From a virus, in the IMG/VR virus record IMGVR_UViG_3300023210_000017, positions 1-64,000 of that record: a DNA stretch of 64,000 nt; one strand, written 5' to 3'. Both the position numbers and the translations under genes were made by a program. The notes beneath the pieces are model-generated. The model did no database searches, was not told where the DNA came from, and was given only the letters and a program-made list of their open reading frames with translations. Shown in pieces: positions 17,747 to 27,876 of this stretch (within the stretch, counting starts at the first letter, position 1; every line of letters begins with the position of its first letter).

Positions 17747-18973
17747 ATGAAAAATATTAAAAATAAAGTTAAGGATACATTTAGGTGGAAAAAAAGTGCT
17801 GATTATTGTTCAAAAAAATTAGGCATATCTAAATCAGAATTTTTAAGATTAAAAAAAGAAATTCAAAAAGAGTGGATAAATAAAAAGAAAATTTTAGGAA
17901 AAAAGTATAATGGAACTAATGCTGATATATCAGTAGATCTAGAAAAAGGAGAAGCTAGAATTTCTGGAAGATCTACAAATGAAGCAAAATCAGCTGAAGA
18001 AATAATTACAATTTTAAATATTGATACTACCAAATGGAAGCTTTCTCAATATTGGAATAAACAAATGTCTGATCATTGGCGTATATCAGCATTGGTTACT
18101 CAAATTAAAGAGACTGAAAGTGATCACTTAAAAGAACTTTTAGAAAATTGGCATCCAAAGAAATATACAATACCTGATTTAGCTAAAACAAAAAGATATT
18201 CAATATCTCCGGATAGAGAACAGGTTTGTGGAGTAATGTCTCTTCAAGACATACATTTTGGAAAAGAAGGAAATGAAACAGTAGATAAAGACTTTGAAGA
18301 TACAATCATCAACCTTATGAAAAGAGGTACAGCTGCATATAATATTGAAGAATTATTCTTTGTTGTAGGGGGCGATCTAATCAACATGGATACATTTCAT
18401 GGTACAACAACAAGTGGAACACCTGTAGATAACTGTAGTACAGCTACAGAAGCTTATATACAAGCATTTGATGCAATGATTTGGGCTATTGCATTTTTAT
18501 TAACTTATGTTAAACATATAACTATAGTTTATATACCAGGTAATCATGATAGATTATCTTCATTTCATTTAGTACATGCTTTATCTAAAGCTATAGATTC
18601 TGATAAAATAACTTGGGATGTTAAATATGAAGAAAGAAAAGTTCATGTATGGCATAAAAACTTTAATGGTTTTGAACACGGTGATAAAAAAAGTAAAAAT
18701 ACACCTTTAATTTATGCTACAGAATTTCCTAATGAATGGGGTAAAACTGTTCATAGAACTTTGTTTACAGGACATTTTCATACAGAACGTAAAATAGAAT
18801 ATATGACAACTGCTGAAACAGCAGGCTTTATACATAAAACACTACCAAGTCTTGGTAAAACAGATTACTATCATTATAGTAATAAATTTGTTGGAAATAG
18901 GAGATCTGGTAAATTAGAATTACAATCTCCAACTAAAGGAAATATAAGCGAACTAACTTATACAGCAGATTAA
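17747..18973 (+). CDS. calcineurin-like metallophosphoesterase with basic N-terminal domain
   Basis: All five motifs present: DIH, GD, GNHD, HGD, GHFH. Confidence 0.9.
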   Translation: MKNIKNKVKDTFRWKKSADYCSKKLGISKSEFLRLKKEIQKEWINKKKILGKKYNGTNADISVDLEKGEARISGRSTNEAKSAEEIITILNIDTTKWKLSQYWNKQMSDHWRISALVTQIKETESDHLKELLENWHPKKYTIPDLAKTKRYSISPDREQVCGVMSLQDIHFGKEGNETVDKDFEDTIINLMKRGTAAYNIEELFFVVGGDLINMDTFHGTTTSGTPVDNCSTATEAYIQAFDAMIWAIAFLLTYVKHITIVYIPGNHDRLSSFHLVHALSKAIDSDKITWDVKYEERKVHVWHKNFNGFEHGDKKSKNTPLIYATEFPNEWGKTVHRTLFTGHFHTERKIEYMTTAETAGFIHKTLPSLGKTDYYHYSNKFVGNRRSGKLELQSPTKGNISELTYTAD

Positions 18974-19007
18974 TATACAAGGTTTAACTTTTTTAAGTGC
19001 TGTTTTT

Positions 19008-19026
19008 TTTGTAAATTATAAATAAG
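19008..19026 (+). promoter_or_regulatory. candidate phage promoter (TTTGTAAATTAT)
   Basis: Variant of the 7530/31535 motif just before ATG 19031. Confidence 0.4.
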
Positions 19027-19030
19027 TACC

Positions 19031-19597
19031 ATGAATAATACTTTTAAAAAACCAGATCTTAATGCTCCTAGATTTAGAGAGAAAAAATTAGGTCTGTTAA
19101 ATAAAAAAACAATAAAGGAATTTAAAACCAAATACCCTTTATATGAAGAGATTGACAATGGTAAGTTGAAGGAAATAATTAAATTATATAACAAGGCATT
19201 GTGGAATGGTGTAATTAAATTTAGAGATGGTGTTGAGCTACCTAATTCATTAGGTTATTTATTTATAGGAACATGTTCTCCTTCAAAATATAAAAAGCAA
19301 AATATCAATTATGCAGATTCTACAAAACATGGCAAAATGCTTCAAAATGATAATTGGGAAACAGATGGTAATTTAGGTAAGATATTTTATACAAATGTTT
19401 CAGCAAAATATAAATTTAAAAATAGAGAATTATGGAAGTTTCAAGCTACTAGGGAATTTAAAAGAACGGTAGCTAAAGAATATCCAAAAGATTATACTAA
19501 GTATATAGTAATACAAAACAAATATAAGATTTCACATTTGTATAAAGATACTACAAGCAAAGCATCATTAGATGCGTATAATGAATTTGAAAAATAA
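19031..19597 (+). CDS. IHF/HU-like DNA-binding protein of crAss-like phages
   Basis: GVELPNSLGYLFI and WKFQATREFKR motifs; basic; position before tail ring genes. Confidence 0.7.
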   Translation: MNNTFKKPDLNAPRFREKKLGLLNKKTIKEFKTKYPLYEEIDNGKLKEIIKLYNKALWNGVIKFRDGVELPNSLGYLFIGTCSPSKYKKQNINYADSTKHGKMLQNDNWETDGNLGKIFYTNVSAKYKFKNRELWKFQATREFKRTVAKEYPKDYTKYIVIQNKYKISHLYKDTTSKASLDAYNEFEK

Positions 19598-19603
19598 ACA
19601 ATA

Positions 19604-20278
19604 ATGGCAACAAAAATAAATGAAGCTATATCAAGAGTAAGGGGTCAGGTAAAAGCTGAAGTCCAAGATGCGTTTGTTACAGATAGATACTTGTATAGTC
19701 TAATAGTAAAGTATGCTCAAGTTTTGATGCGAAGGCAAGACTTTGCTAATAAACTTATGAAGTTTAATGCTGTATGGAAAAGTCTTCCATATATAGAGTT
19801 GATTGATGTAGATAAAGTAGAAGCACACTGTTCTGGAGTACAAAGCCATTGTACTGTCAAAAGGAGTAAAGAAAAAATTCCTGAAATGATAGAAGGTTAT
19901 TGGGGACCATTAATTAGGACGGTAAGTTCTATTGATAGTTCCATAGAAGCTCAAGCAACTCAACCGGGTACTTTCACTTCAATAACTAAAACAACTTCTT
20001 TTAAATATAACAATACAAAGTATTTTTGGTTTTTAGATGGTTATATCTATTTACCAAATATTGATTGGGATGCAGTTAGACTTGAAGGTGTTTTTGATGA
20101 TGATATAGGAGCATGGCTTTGTGATAAAGCTGAACAATGTGTTCCTAGATATGAGCAAGATATGAATATTCCTGAATCATTATTTGCTGAGATTGAAGTT
20201 CAGGTAGTCCAAGCAATGATGATGACAGTTCAAATTCCAGTTGTAGATGGAGATAATAAAGTAGATATAAATAGATAA
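19604..20278 (+). CDS. putative tail ring protein
   Basis: 224 aa; YFWFLDGYIYLP...VRLEGVF motif; position. Confidence 0.6.
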   Translation: MATKINEAISRVRGQVKAEVQDAFVTDRYLYSLIVKYAQVLMRRQDFANKLMKFNAVWKSLPYIELIDVDKVEAHCSGVQSHCTVKRSKEKIPEMIEGYWGPLIRTVSSIDSSIEAQATQPGTFTSITKTTSFKYNNTKYFWFLDGYIYLPNIDWDAVRLEGVFDDDIGAWLCDKAEQCVPRYEQDMNIPESLFAEIEVQVVQAMMMTVQIPVVDGDNKVDINR

Positions 20279-20281
20279 GAT

Positions 20282-21190
20282 ATGAGCCTATCACATAAAT
20301 ATAGAACCTTTGAATCATTATATGAAGATGTAACTGTTGACTTTGCAAACTATGCACTTGAAAATATGATTGATCCAGCACCTTTAATTAAGGTTGCAAC
20401 TAGAGTTAATTATGATCTTGGATTGAAGATTCATAGAACTCATGAAGTAGTTTTAGATGTAGAGCATGGAAAAGTTAAACTACCTCAAGATTTTAATTTT
20501 TTAAATTATGCGTTTAGATGTGGTGAATATACTATTGCAGATAGACCTCCATCAGGAACACATGTAGAAACATTTAATGATGTACCTTATGTTCCAGCTC
20601 CAGGTGAGTCTGGCCCTTGTGAAGATCCTACTTGTAGAGATGTATGTGTGATTAAAACTTGTGATGGTAAAAATGAACATCAATTAGTTCAAAGAATAGC
20701 TCCAGCTAAGTGGAGAACATTTACAGCATTTGCATCTTTAAGGATTCAAAATGTTAATAATAAAGTATGTGATACTTGCGTGGATGTTGGATTACAAGCT
20801 TCAGATATTGCTGAAATAAAAGATGGTTTCTTACTTACAAGCTTTACTACAGGTAAAGTTTATCTTAGCTATCAAGGAGCAATGGAAGATCATAATGGTA
20901 ATCTTTTAGTTTTAGATCATCCTTATTGTAATGAATATTATGAGTATGCATTAAAGGAAAGGCTACTTGAAAACATGCTTTTTGCTGGAGAAAATGTTTC
21001 TCAACAATTAGGTCTTATTACACAAAAGTTAAGAGCAGCTAGAAACAATGCATTGAGCTTTGTTAATACACCAGATTTTGCAGAGATGCGTAAACTATGG
21101 AACTTAAACAGACGAGCTCAACATCATAATTATTATAATATGTTTTTAAGTCATCCTCCAGCTGGAAACCCTAGTTATAATCTTTCTTAA
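20282..21190 (+). CDS. tail tubular/ring protein (P22 gp4-like position)
   Basis: KVKLPQDF and GFLLTSFTTGKVYLSY motifs; immediately before muzzle gene. Confidence 0.65.
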   Translation: MSLSHKYRTFESLYEDVTVDFANYALENMIDPAPLIKVATRVNYDLGLKIHRTHEVVLDVEHGKVKLPQDFNFLNYAFRCGEYTIADRPPSGTHVETFNDVPYVPAPGESGPCEDPTCRDVCVIKTCDGKNEHQLVQRIAPAKWRTFTAFASLRIQNVNNKVCDTCVDVGLQASDIAEIKDGFLLTSFTTGKVYLSYQGAMEDHNGNLLVLDHPYCNEYYEYALKERLLENMLFAGENVSQQLGLITQKLRAARNNALSFVNTPDFAEMRKLWNLNRRAQHHNYYNMFLSHPPAGNPSYNLS

Positions 21191-21192
21191 AA

Positions 21193-24100
21193 ATGGCAAA
21201 AAAAAAGAAAAGTAATCCGCCTTCAAATTCTGGATCCCAAGTTGAAACAAACAGTTTTTCTAAGGGAATGCAGAAAGATATTTATTCTGGACTTGTCCCA
21301 AAAGAACAATGGGGCCATGCTAGAAATGCTGCAAATAATTCTGTAGATGGAGATATAGGTATAATAGGAAATGAGCCTGCTAATATAGAATGCGCTAAAG
21401 TTCCATATACTATAATAGGTGCTATACATAGATACGGAGATCAATGGGTTATATTTTCAACAGATGATACTAGTTCTGAAATAGGTTTATTTGATGATAG
21501 CAAATGTGAATATGATCTTCTTGTTAATGATCCTTGTTTAAACTTTAATAGAAAGTATTTAATTACCGGGGCATCTAAAGAAAATTATGATTGCACATGG
21601 CAAATATATTGGGATGATGGTAATAATCCATCAAGAACTTTAAACATTGATGATATACCTTACATACAAGAAGTGGTTTCTGCACCAGGGGCAGATTGCA
21701 TCTTATATGAGGATACAAGTGTATTGAATTGTGAAAAAATAAGATTGGCTCCTTTAATGGATGTGCCTTGTGTAAAACTCACAAAAGCTAAAGATGGTGG
21801 ACAATTAAGAAATGGATCCTATAGAGCATATATAGCATATACAGTAAATGAACAAAAAGTAACAGATTATATAGGTGTATCAAATATACAAGCATTATTT
21901 TCACATGACATTAATGGAGGTTCTTTAGATATTGAAATAAGTAATTTAGACAAAAATTTTGAGTATTATGAATTAGTTATTCTTTCAGATAATCAAGGCC
22001 AAAAAGATGCAAGAAAAATTGGCATTTATAGTACAGAGCAATTTAATATATCAATTGATTTTATAGATCCTGCATTAACGGCTATAGGTGTAGAGCTTTT
22101 ATTTTCAAGAAGTCCTGCATATGAAAAATCAGAATCAATGTATGTTGTTAATGATTGGTTAATAAGACAAGGACCAACAGAACAATTTGATTTTAACTAT
22201 CAACCTTTGGCTAATAAAATTACAACTAATTGGGTTGTTGCAGAATATGATGCAAATTATTATTTTAAAGGAGGAAATGAAACGCAGTTTATGAGAGATG
22301 AGGTGTATTCATTTTTTATAAGATGGATATATAATACTGGTGAAAAATCATCATCATATCATATTCCTGGTAGACCACCTTCTGCATCAGCAAAAAATCA
22401 ATTTCAGCAATCAATGTCAAGTGGTGGAGATATAGGAACTGCACCTGGAATAAGCTTAGGTGACCCTGAATATAATTTTCAGATTTTTAATACAGCAGAA
22501 GCTACGCAGGCTCAAGGTGGACCTGGTACTCCAACAGGTAATGGAGGAACAATTATTCAAAGAGGTACGATGGCCTATTGGCAATCAACAGAAAAATATC
22601 CTGCAACTAAGCCAGAAATATGGGACTCATCTTATGTTGATCCTATAACTGGAGTAAATATTGGAGATACTTCTAATCCAAATTTTGATTTGTGTGGTAA
22701 AGAGATAAGACATCATAAGATGCCAACAGAAGAAACCCATCCTTCTTTGCATTTATCAGCTGGAAATGGAAGTACAATAAGATTGCTGGGCGTTGAGTTT
22801 TCAGATATAACCAGACCTAGATATAATGATGGAACCTATATTGAAAATATAGCAGGGTATGAAATTTTAAGAGGATCTAGAGAAGGAGCTAAATCTATTT
22901 TAGCAAAAGGTCTATTTAGAAATATGAGAGAGTATGAGATACCTGATCAAGATGGAAACACACTCGGACCTACAAAAGGACTATACCCAAATTTTCCATA
23001 TAATGATTTAAGAGATGATGTTTATCATTATGATGGAAGTAGAGCTAATCAAAGTGGTAACTTTGGAGGCAGTGGCCCTGGCTATAATCTTTTTGCTGTA
23101 GATCCCTTACCTAGAACAGATGGATGTGCAGATGGTCTTTATGGGCCAACTAATAATAAGGCTTCTTTAACTAAGTTTCCTCCTCTAACTGGATTTAGAA
23201 GAGATGTATTTACATTTCATTCTCCGGAGTTAATGTTTAGAAAACCATTTTTAAATCCTTATGAGATTAGAATATATGGAGCTGTTTCTGGAGTTAGTGA
23301 AGGGCATTTTATAAAATCAGAAAAGCATCCTCAGAACAAACTACTTAGAAATGCAGGTGCTCTTATAGCTGGTATTCTTGGGACAGGATATGCTATTAAT
23401 CAATTGCAAGGAACACAAGAAACTGTTGTGGAAAGTGCTGAAAATGCTGGAGCACCATATCTGCCTGCTTGGGTTATGGGAGGATTTGGTTCTTCTGGTT
23501 CAAATTTCCTTGGATACAATTCATACGCTGCCGCTGCTGCCGCTGCTCAAGGCGCTAACTCAGGAGCAAATAGCGGCTTTCAAATTGCTTTGCAGGAAGC
23601 AACTAAACTTACAGATTTATTTGGAGCTGGTGGAGCCACTTCAGATGGGGCTCAAAAAGTGTTTGGTATTGCACAAGCAGCAATAGTTTCTCCTGGAATG
23701 GTCTCTGGAGATATACAAACAAAATATGTAAAAGATTCAGATACTTCAGGACTAAATATTATATTTAAAGCACTACTAGGTTTTATAAATTCAGGAGCTC
23801 AAATTGCTATTGGGGCTCAAAAAGTTATAGATTTATTATACAATCTTGTATCACCTGAAGATTTTGCATATAAACATAATTCTGCAGGTCTTTTTGCTAA
23901 TTACCATAAAACTAGAGAAGGCACTACATTTAGAGCTAGAAACAATTTATCAAATTATATAGGAAATGTATTTCAAAATTTTAATCCTAATTCAATAAAT
24001 GCCGCAAATAATACTTTGGCAAATCAATTTAAAATAAATAATTTATTTAGACCAGATACTGTAGCAATTCAATCTCATATTGATTTGCCAATACCTAACG

Positions 24101-27100
24101 GTCCTAATGGATTGGGTGCACCAGCAGATAGATCTAGGTATGTTATAGGGGGAGATAGTCAAGGAAATGCAGATCCAGGTTGGATGGCTAATCCAGAAGG
24201 TAAGCAGTACAAGCCTATTTCTGCATTGTATGGAGCTTTAAAATTTAATTTTGAAAATCAATATGGACAACTTGATGGGATAAAGCAAGTTGTAATGAAT
24301 GATTGTATTTATGAAATTGATTTAGAAAGACCAGAAAGAGCCTTATATTCAACAGGTCCTATATTTACAGGTGATACATATGTTGGTAGATATAGTGAAA
24401 AAGTTATAATGCCCATATTTAGTGATTTTCTTTTAGGGCAACCAGATCAATTTCCATACAACTACCTACAAAGAATTAATATACCATATCCAAGGTATTG
24501 GATGGACACAAGAAAATTTGATACTTCAAAATGGGCTAATCTTTTAAATATTATTGGACAGGGAATATTAGGTACTGGCGGTGCTATGCAGAATCTTCTT
24601 CCTAATGATCTATTTTATTTAGATAGAGGTGAAAACAATTGCGTAACTGGATTAGATTCAGTATTGGGAAATGACGATGATGGAAATAGTTTATTTGCAA
24701 TGAAAGTGGGCGCTATGTACACCCATTGTAATGGTGTATTAGACTTCTTTGTTGAATCTGAAATAAACCTTGCAAATAGAGATTGGGATAATACTCCACA
24801 GGGAAGGCATTATGATAATTTTAGATATCAAGCATATGATGAAATGTTTCATGCTGAAATAGTAAAGGAAGATAATGTTTATAAATATGATTATTCATTA
24901 AGCGCAAGTAGATTTCTTACAAATCTTACAAAGGGTGCTGGAAATGTTCAGCCCAGAGATTACAATCCTCAAATAGCCGAGACGTGTTTTTCACATTATC
25001 CTAAAAGATTAATATATTCATTACAATCTCAGAAGGAAGCAAAGAAAGATTTTTGGCGTGTATTTTTGGTTAACAATTATAGAGATTTTAAAAATCCAGT
25101 TAATGTAATTAAACCTATAAATAAGAATGGCGCTATTATATTTTTTCCATATCAATCTCCTCAAATGTTTCAAGGAATTGATACATTAGAAACAACAGAT
25201 TACAATACAAAAATAACTATTGGAGATGGTGGTTTATTTAGCCAACCTTTTCAAAATTTAGTTAATTCTGATATATCAAATGAATATGGCTCATGTGAAA
25301 GTCAGAGGGGTGTTATTAATACACCTTATGGTTTCTTCTTTATATCACAGGCTCAAGGTAAAGTGTTTCAACAGAAAGGTCAGGGTTTAAATGCTATTTC
25401 AAATAATGGAATGAAATGGTGGTTTAATAAATATTTACCATCTAATTTAATTAGACAATTTCCAGAATTAGAATTTAGTGAACTTGCAGATAATACAGTT
25501 ATAGGAGTTGGGTGTCAAATTACATATGATATTACAGATGATATAATGTATGTATGTAAGAAAGATTTTGAATTAAAAGAAGAATGGCTAGGTCAAGTTA
25601 TATTTGATACTGAAGAAGATTGCTTTGTAATTCTAGATAATATTTCAAATCCTAATGATAGTCACAGCATACCTGCTAAAAGTGTTTTTAAAACCACTTT
25701 AATGTACGTGTGTCCGGATTGTAATACTCTTGTGGGTGGCTTTGCAAATGGTATAACTACTTTTGATGCATCAGATCAACAAGGTTGCTTTGATGCTGCA
25801 GAAAAGGGTTGTGGATCAGATGTACCGCCACCAACACCAGTAAAAACATGCATTGACATAGGAGATCCTTTATATTTTGATGATTGTTCATGGACTGTGA
25901 GTTATGATCCTAAAGTTGAAGCTTGGATATCATTCCATGATTGGCATCCAGAACTCTGTTTATCTAGTATAAATCATTTCCTTACAACAAAGACAGGTAT
26001 TACAGATGATCCACAATGTCCTCCAAATTTTGTATATAATTCAGTTACAGGAAATTGTGAACGATTGATTGATGAAACTGTAAATGCAGTAGTTTCTGTA
26101 GATGAGATTCCTACTGTAGGAGAAGGATGTCCTGATGGATTTACGTTTAATCCAATAAGTGGAGAATGTGAAAATATTGTAATATTTGATATTAATTGCG
26201 CTGGATCAGAAGAAGTAGTAGCAGCAACTCCTTCTGCTGAATATGGTAAATTTGGAGCTAGATTTTATACAGATGTTATATCAGAGTCATCTTTAAATTT
26301 ACCAGTTGAGGCATTTGGTTCAAGTTTTGGAACAAATAATACTTATGAATTGCAATATTCAAATGGCACTACGTATGAATTTGATAATTTCCAGTCTCCG
26401 CCAATAGTACCTGTTAATCCATACAATAATCCATTATGGAGTGGTGCAGGAGGAAGATTAAATGCTGGTGGTGTATGGACAGGTCTTCCGAATGATGGTA
26501 ATGGTTGCTTCGCTCCACCTTGTGGAGAATGGATTGGATTTACACAGTGTATTGAACTTCCTGCAACAAAGACATATTGTGTGGGTATAGCTGCAGATAA
26601 TCAAGTAAGGTTTACTATAAATGGCACCATAATAGTTCACTTGGATGGTAATGATGGTAGAAATTTTTATAATTGGCACGTAATTCCAATTGCCCTTAAT
26701 GCAGGTGTAAATATTATTACACTTGAAGGATATAACCAGGCAAGTATTGCTTCATTTGCTGCAGAAATTTATGATGCTACACCTCTTGAATTAGCAAATA
26801 TGACAACAGTTGCTGAATTAGAACCTGTTATAGTATTTTCTACAGAGAATACTATTGATAATGGATTCTTTCAGGTAGGAGAGACAGTGGGATGCGATTG
26901 TCCTAATGGAGGTGTTTTATCAAATTGTACAGGAGAACTCCAATGTGTTGAAATTGAAACTTCACCTCTTGTTTCAGGATGCGATTGTCCAGAAGGTTAT
27001 ACTTTAGTATACTGGAATCAAGTTGAACAAAATTTTACATTGCCAACTGGAGATTGTATAGATGATGAAATACCTCCAATTTGTAGAAAGGTTGAATGCA

Positions 27101-27876
27101 TTTGTCCACCAGGTCCTGATCCAGATTCAATAGTTACTCAATCTGGTACTTGTGATAATGTTTATCTTGCTGGACCAAATGGAGATCTAACTTATGTAAA
27201 TCCAGATCCAGCACGTTGTACTTTCAATGCACTACAAGAAGAACCTGCTAATTTTAAAATAGGAGGCATCTGGAGACATAATTATAGATGTGATTTATTT
27301 GCAAACTATTATAATGTAGATTATCCATGGGAAGTAGAGCTTATAGAAAGTACAGGTCAAAATGTATTTACAGTTAGAAGTCTTGAATACCAATTAGAAA
27401 GCTATGTTTATAAAGGAGATTTATTTAATGGCTGTAGTGATGATAGATGGCATGATTTAGATTTTAACTTTGATGAATCAATTATATATAATACAGAGCA
27501 AGTATCTGGATTATTAAAGTTAAATTTAGATCCTGTAGGAAATCCTTTAGCTGGATTAACTTATCCTATTATAAATAGTAATGATATAGATATATTATAT
27601 TCTAAGGTAGAACAGAAATATAGATTTAATCAATTTTGGGATGTTACTAATGACAGAGGTGAATTTACAAATGCAGAACAAGAAATACTAATGACTCAAT
27701 GTAATGGTTATATTAGAGATCTTAATTCTGCTAACTTAAACTACAATAAAGCGCAAGGCCAACGTAAAAAGTTCAGACACTATTATAATAAGATTATCCT
27801 AAGAAGAGTTCTATCAAATAATAGAAAAATGTTATTGAAGTTAAATAACACTAAGTTAAATTTATCATATAGATAA
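21193..27876 (+). CDS. tail stabilisation/muzzle protein (P22 gp10-like) with Cys-rich insertions
   Basis: 2227 aa; N-terminal FSKGMQKD...ARNA, FMRDEVYSF, WTVSYDP...WISFHDW motifs typical of crAss-like muzzle proteins. Confidence 0.8.
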   Translation: MAKKKKSNPPSNSGSQVETNSFSKGMQKDIYSGLVPKEQWGHARNAANNSVDGDIGIIGNEPANIECAKVPYTIIGAIHRYGDQWVIFSTDDTSSEIGLFDDSKCEYDLLVNDPCLNFNRKYLITGASKENYDCTWQIYWDDGNNPSRTLNIDDIPYIQEVVSAPGADCILYEDTSVLNCEKIRLAPLMDVPCVKLTKAKDGGQLRNGSYRAYIAYTVNEQKVTDYIGVSNIQALFSHDINGGSLDIEISNLDKNFEYYELVILSDNQGQKDARKIGIYSTEQFNISIDFIDPALTAIGVELLFSRSPAYEKSESMYVVNDWLIRQGPTEQFDFNYQPLANKITTNWVVAEYDANYYFKGGNETQFMRDEVYSFFIRWIYNTGEKSSSYHIPGRPPSASAKNQFQQSMSSGGDIGTAPGISLGDPEYNFQIFNTAEATQAQGGPGTPTGNGGTIIQRGTMAYWQSTEKYPATKPEIWDSSYVDPITGVNIGDTSNPNFDLCGKEIRHHKMPTEETHPSLHLSAGNGSTIRLLGVEFSDITRPRYNDGTYIENIAGYEILRGSREGAKSILAKGLFRNMREYEIPDQDGNTLGPTKGLYPNFPYNDLRDDVYHYDGSRANQSGNFGGSGPGYNLFAVDPLPRTDGCADGLYGPTNNKASLTKFPPLTGFRRDVFTFHSPELMFRKPFLNPYEIRIYGAVSGVSEGHFIKSEKHPQNKLLRNAGALIAGILGTGYAINQLQGTQETVVESAENAGAPYLPAWVMGGFGSSGSNFLGYNSYAAAAAAAQGANSGANSGFQIALQEATKLTDLFGAGGATSDGAQKVFGIAQAAIVSPGMVSGDIQTKYVKDSDTSGLNIIFKALLGFINSGAQIAIGAQKVIDLLYNLVSPEDFAYKHNSAGLFANYHKTREGTTFRARNNLSNYIGNVFQNFNPNSINAANNTLANQFKINNLFRPDTVAIQSHIDLPIPNGPNGLGAPADRSRYVIGGDSQGNADPGWMANPEGKQYKPISALYGALKFNFENQYGQLDGIKQVVMNDCIYEIDLERPERALYSTGPIFTGDTYVGRYSEKVIMPIFSDFLLGQPDQFPYNYLQRINIPYPRYWMDTRKFDTSKWANLLNIIGQGILGTGGAMQNLLPNDLFYLDRGENNCVTGLDSVLGNDDDGNSLFAMKVGAMYTHCNGVLDFFVESEINLANRDWDNTPQGRHYDNFRYQAYDEMFHAEIVKEDNVYKYDYSLSASRFLTNLTKGAGNVQPRDYNPQIAETCFSHYPKRLIYSLQSQKEAKKDFWRVFLVNNYRDFKNPVNVIKPINKNGAIIFFPYQSPQMFQGIDTLETTDYNTKITIGDGGLFSQPFQNLVNSDISNEYGSCESQRGVINTPYGFFFISQAQGKVFQQKGQGLNAISNNGMKWWFNKYLPSNLIRQFPELEFSELADNTVIGVGCQITYDITDDIMYVCKKDFELKEEWLGQVIFDTEEDCFVILDNISNPNDSHSIPAKSVFKTTLMYVCPDCNTLVGGFANGITTFDASDQQGCFDAAEKGCGSDVPPPTPVKTCIDIGDPLYFDDCSWTVSYDPKVEAWISFHDWHPELCLSSINHFLTTKTGITDDPQCPPNFVYNSVTGNCERLIDETVNAVVSVDEIPTVGEGCPDGFTFNPISGECENIVIFDINCAGSEEVVAATPSAEYGKFGARFYTDVISESSLNLPVEAFGSSFGTNNTYELQYSNGTTYEFDNFQSPPIVPVNPYNNPLWSGAGGRLNAGGVWTGLPNDGNGCFAPPCGEWIGFTQCIELPATKTYCVGIAADNQVRFTINGTIIVHLDGNDGRNFYNWHVIPIALNAGVNIITLEGYNQASIASFAAEIYDATPLELANMTTVAELEPVIVFSTENTIDNGFFQVGETVGCDCPNGGVLSNCTGELQCVEIETSPLVSGCDCPEGYTLVYWNQVEQNFTLPTGDCIDDEIPPICRKVECICPPGPDPDSIVTQSGTCDNVYLAGPNGDLTYVNPDPARCTFNALQEEPANFKIGGIWRHNYRCDLFANYYNVDYPWEVELIESTGQNVFTVRSLEYQLESYVYKGDLFNGCSDDRWHDLDFNFDESIIYNTEQVSGLLKLNLDPVGNPLAGLTYPIINSNDIDILYSKVEQKYRFNQFWDVTNDRGEFTNAEQEILMTQCNGYIRDLNSANLNYNKAQGQRKKFRHYYNKIILRRVLSNNRKMLLKLNNTKLNLSYR

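Noticed and set aside
15069-17750. Complete DGR cassette
   Set aside because: No reverse transcriptase ORF in the window and no adenine-rich template repeat found by eye; only a target-like gene
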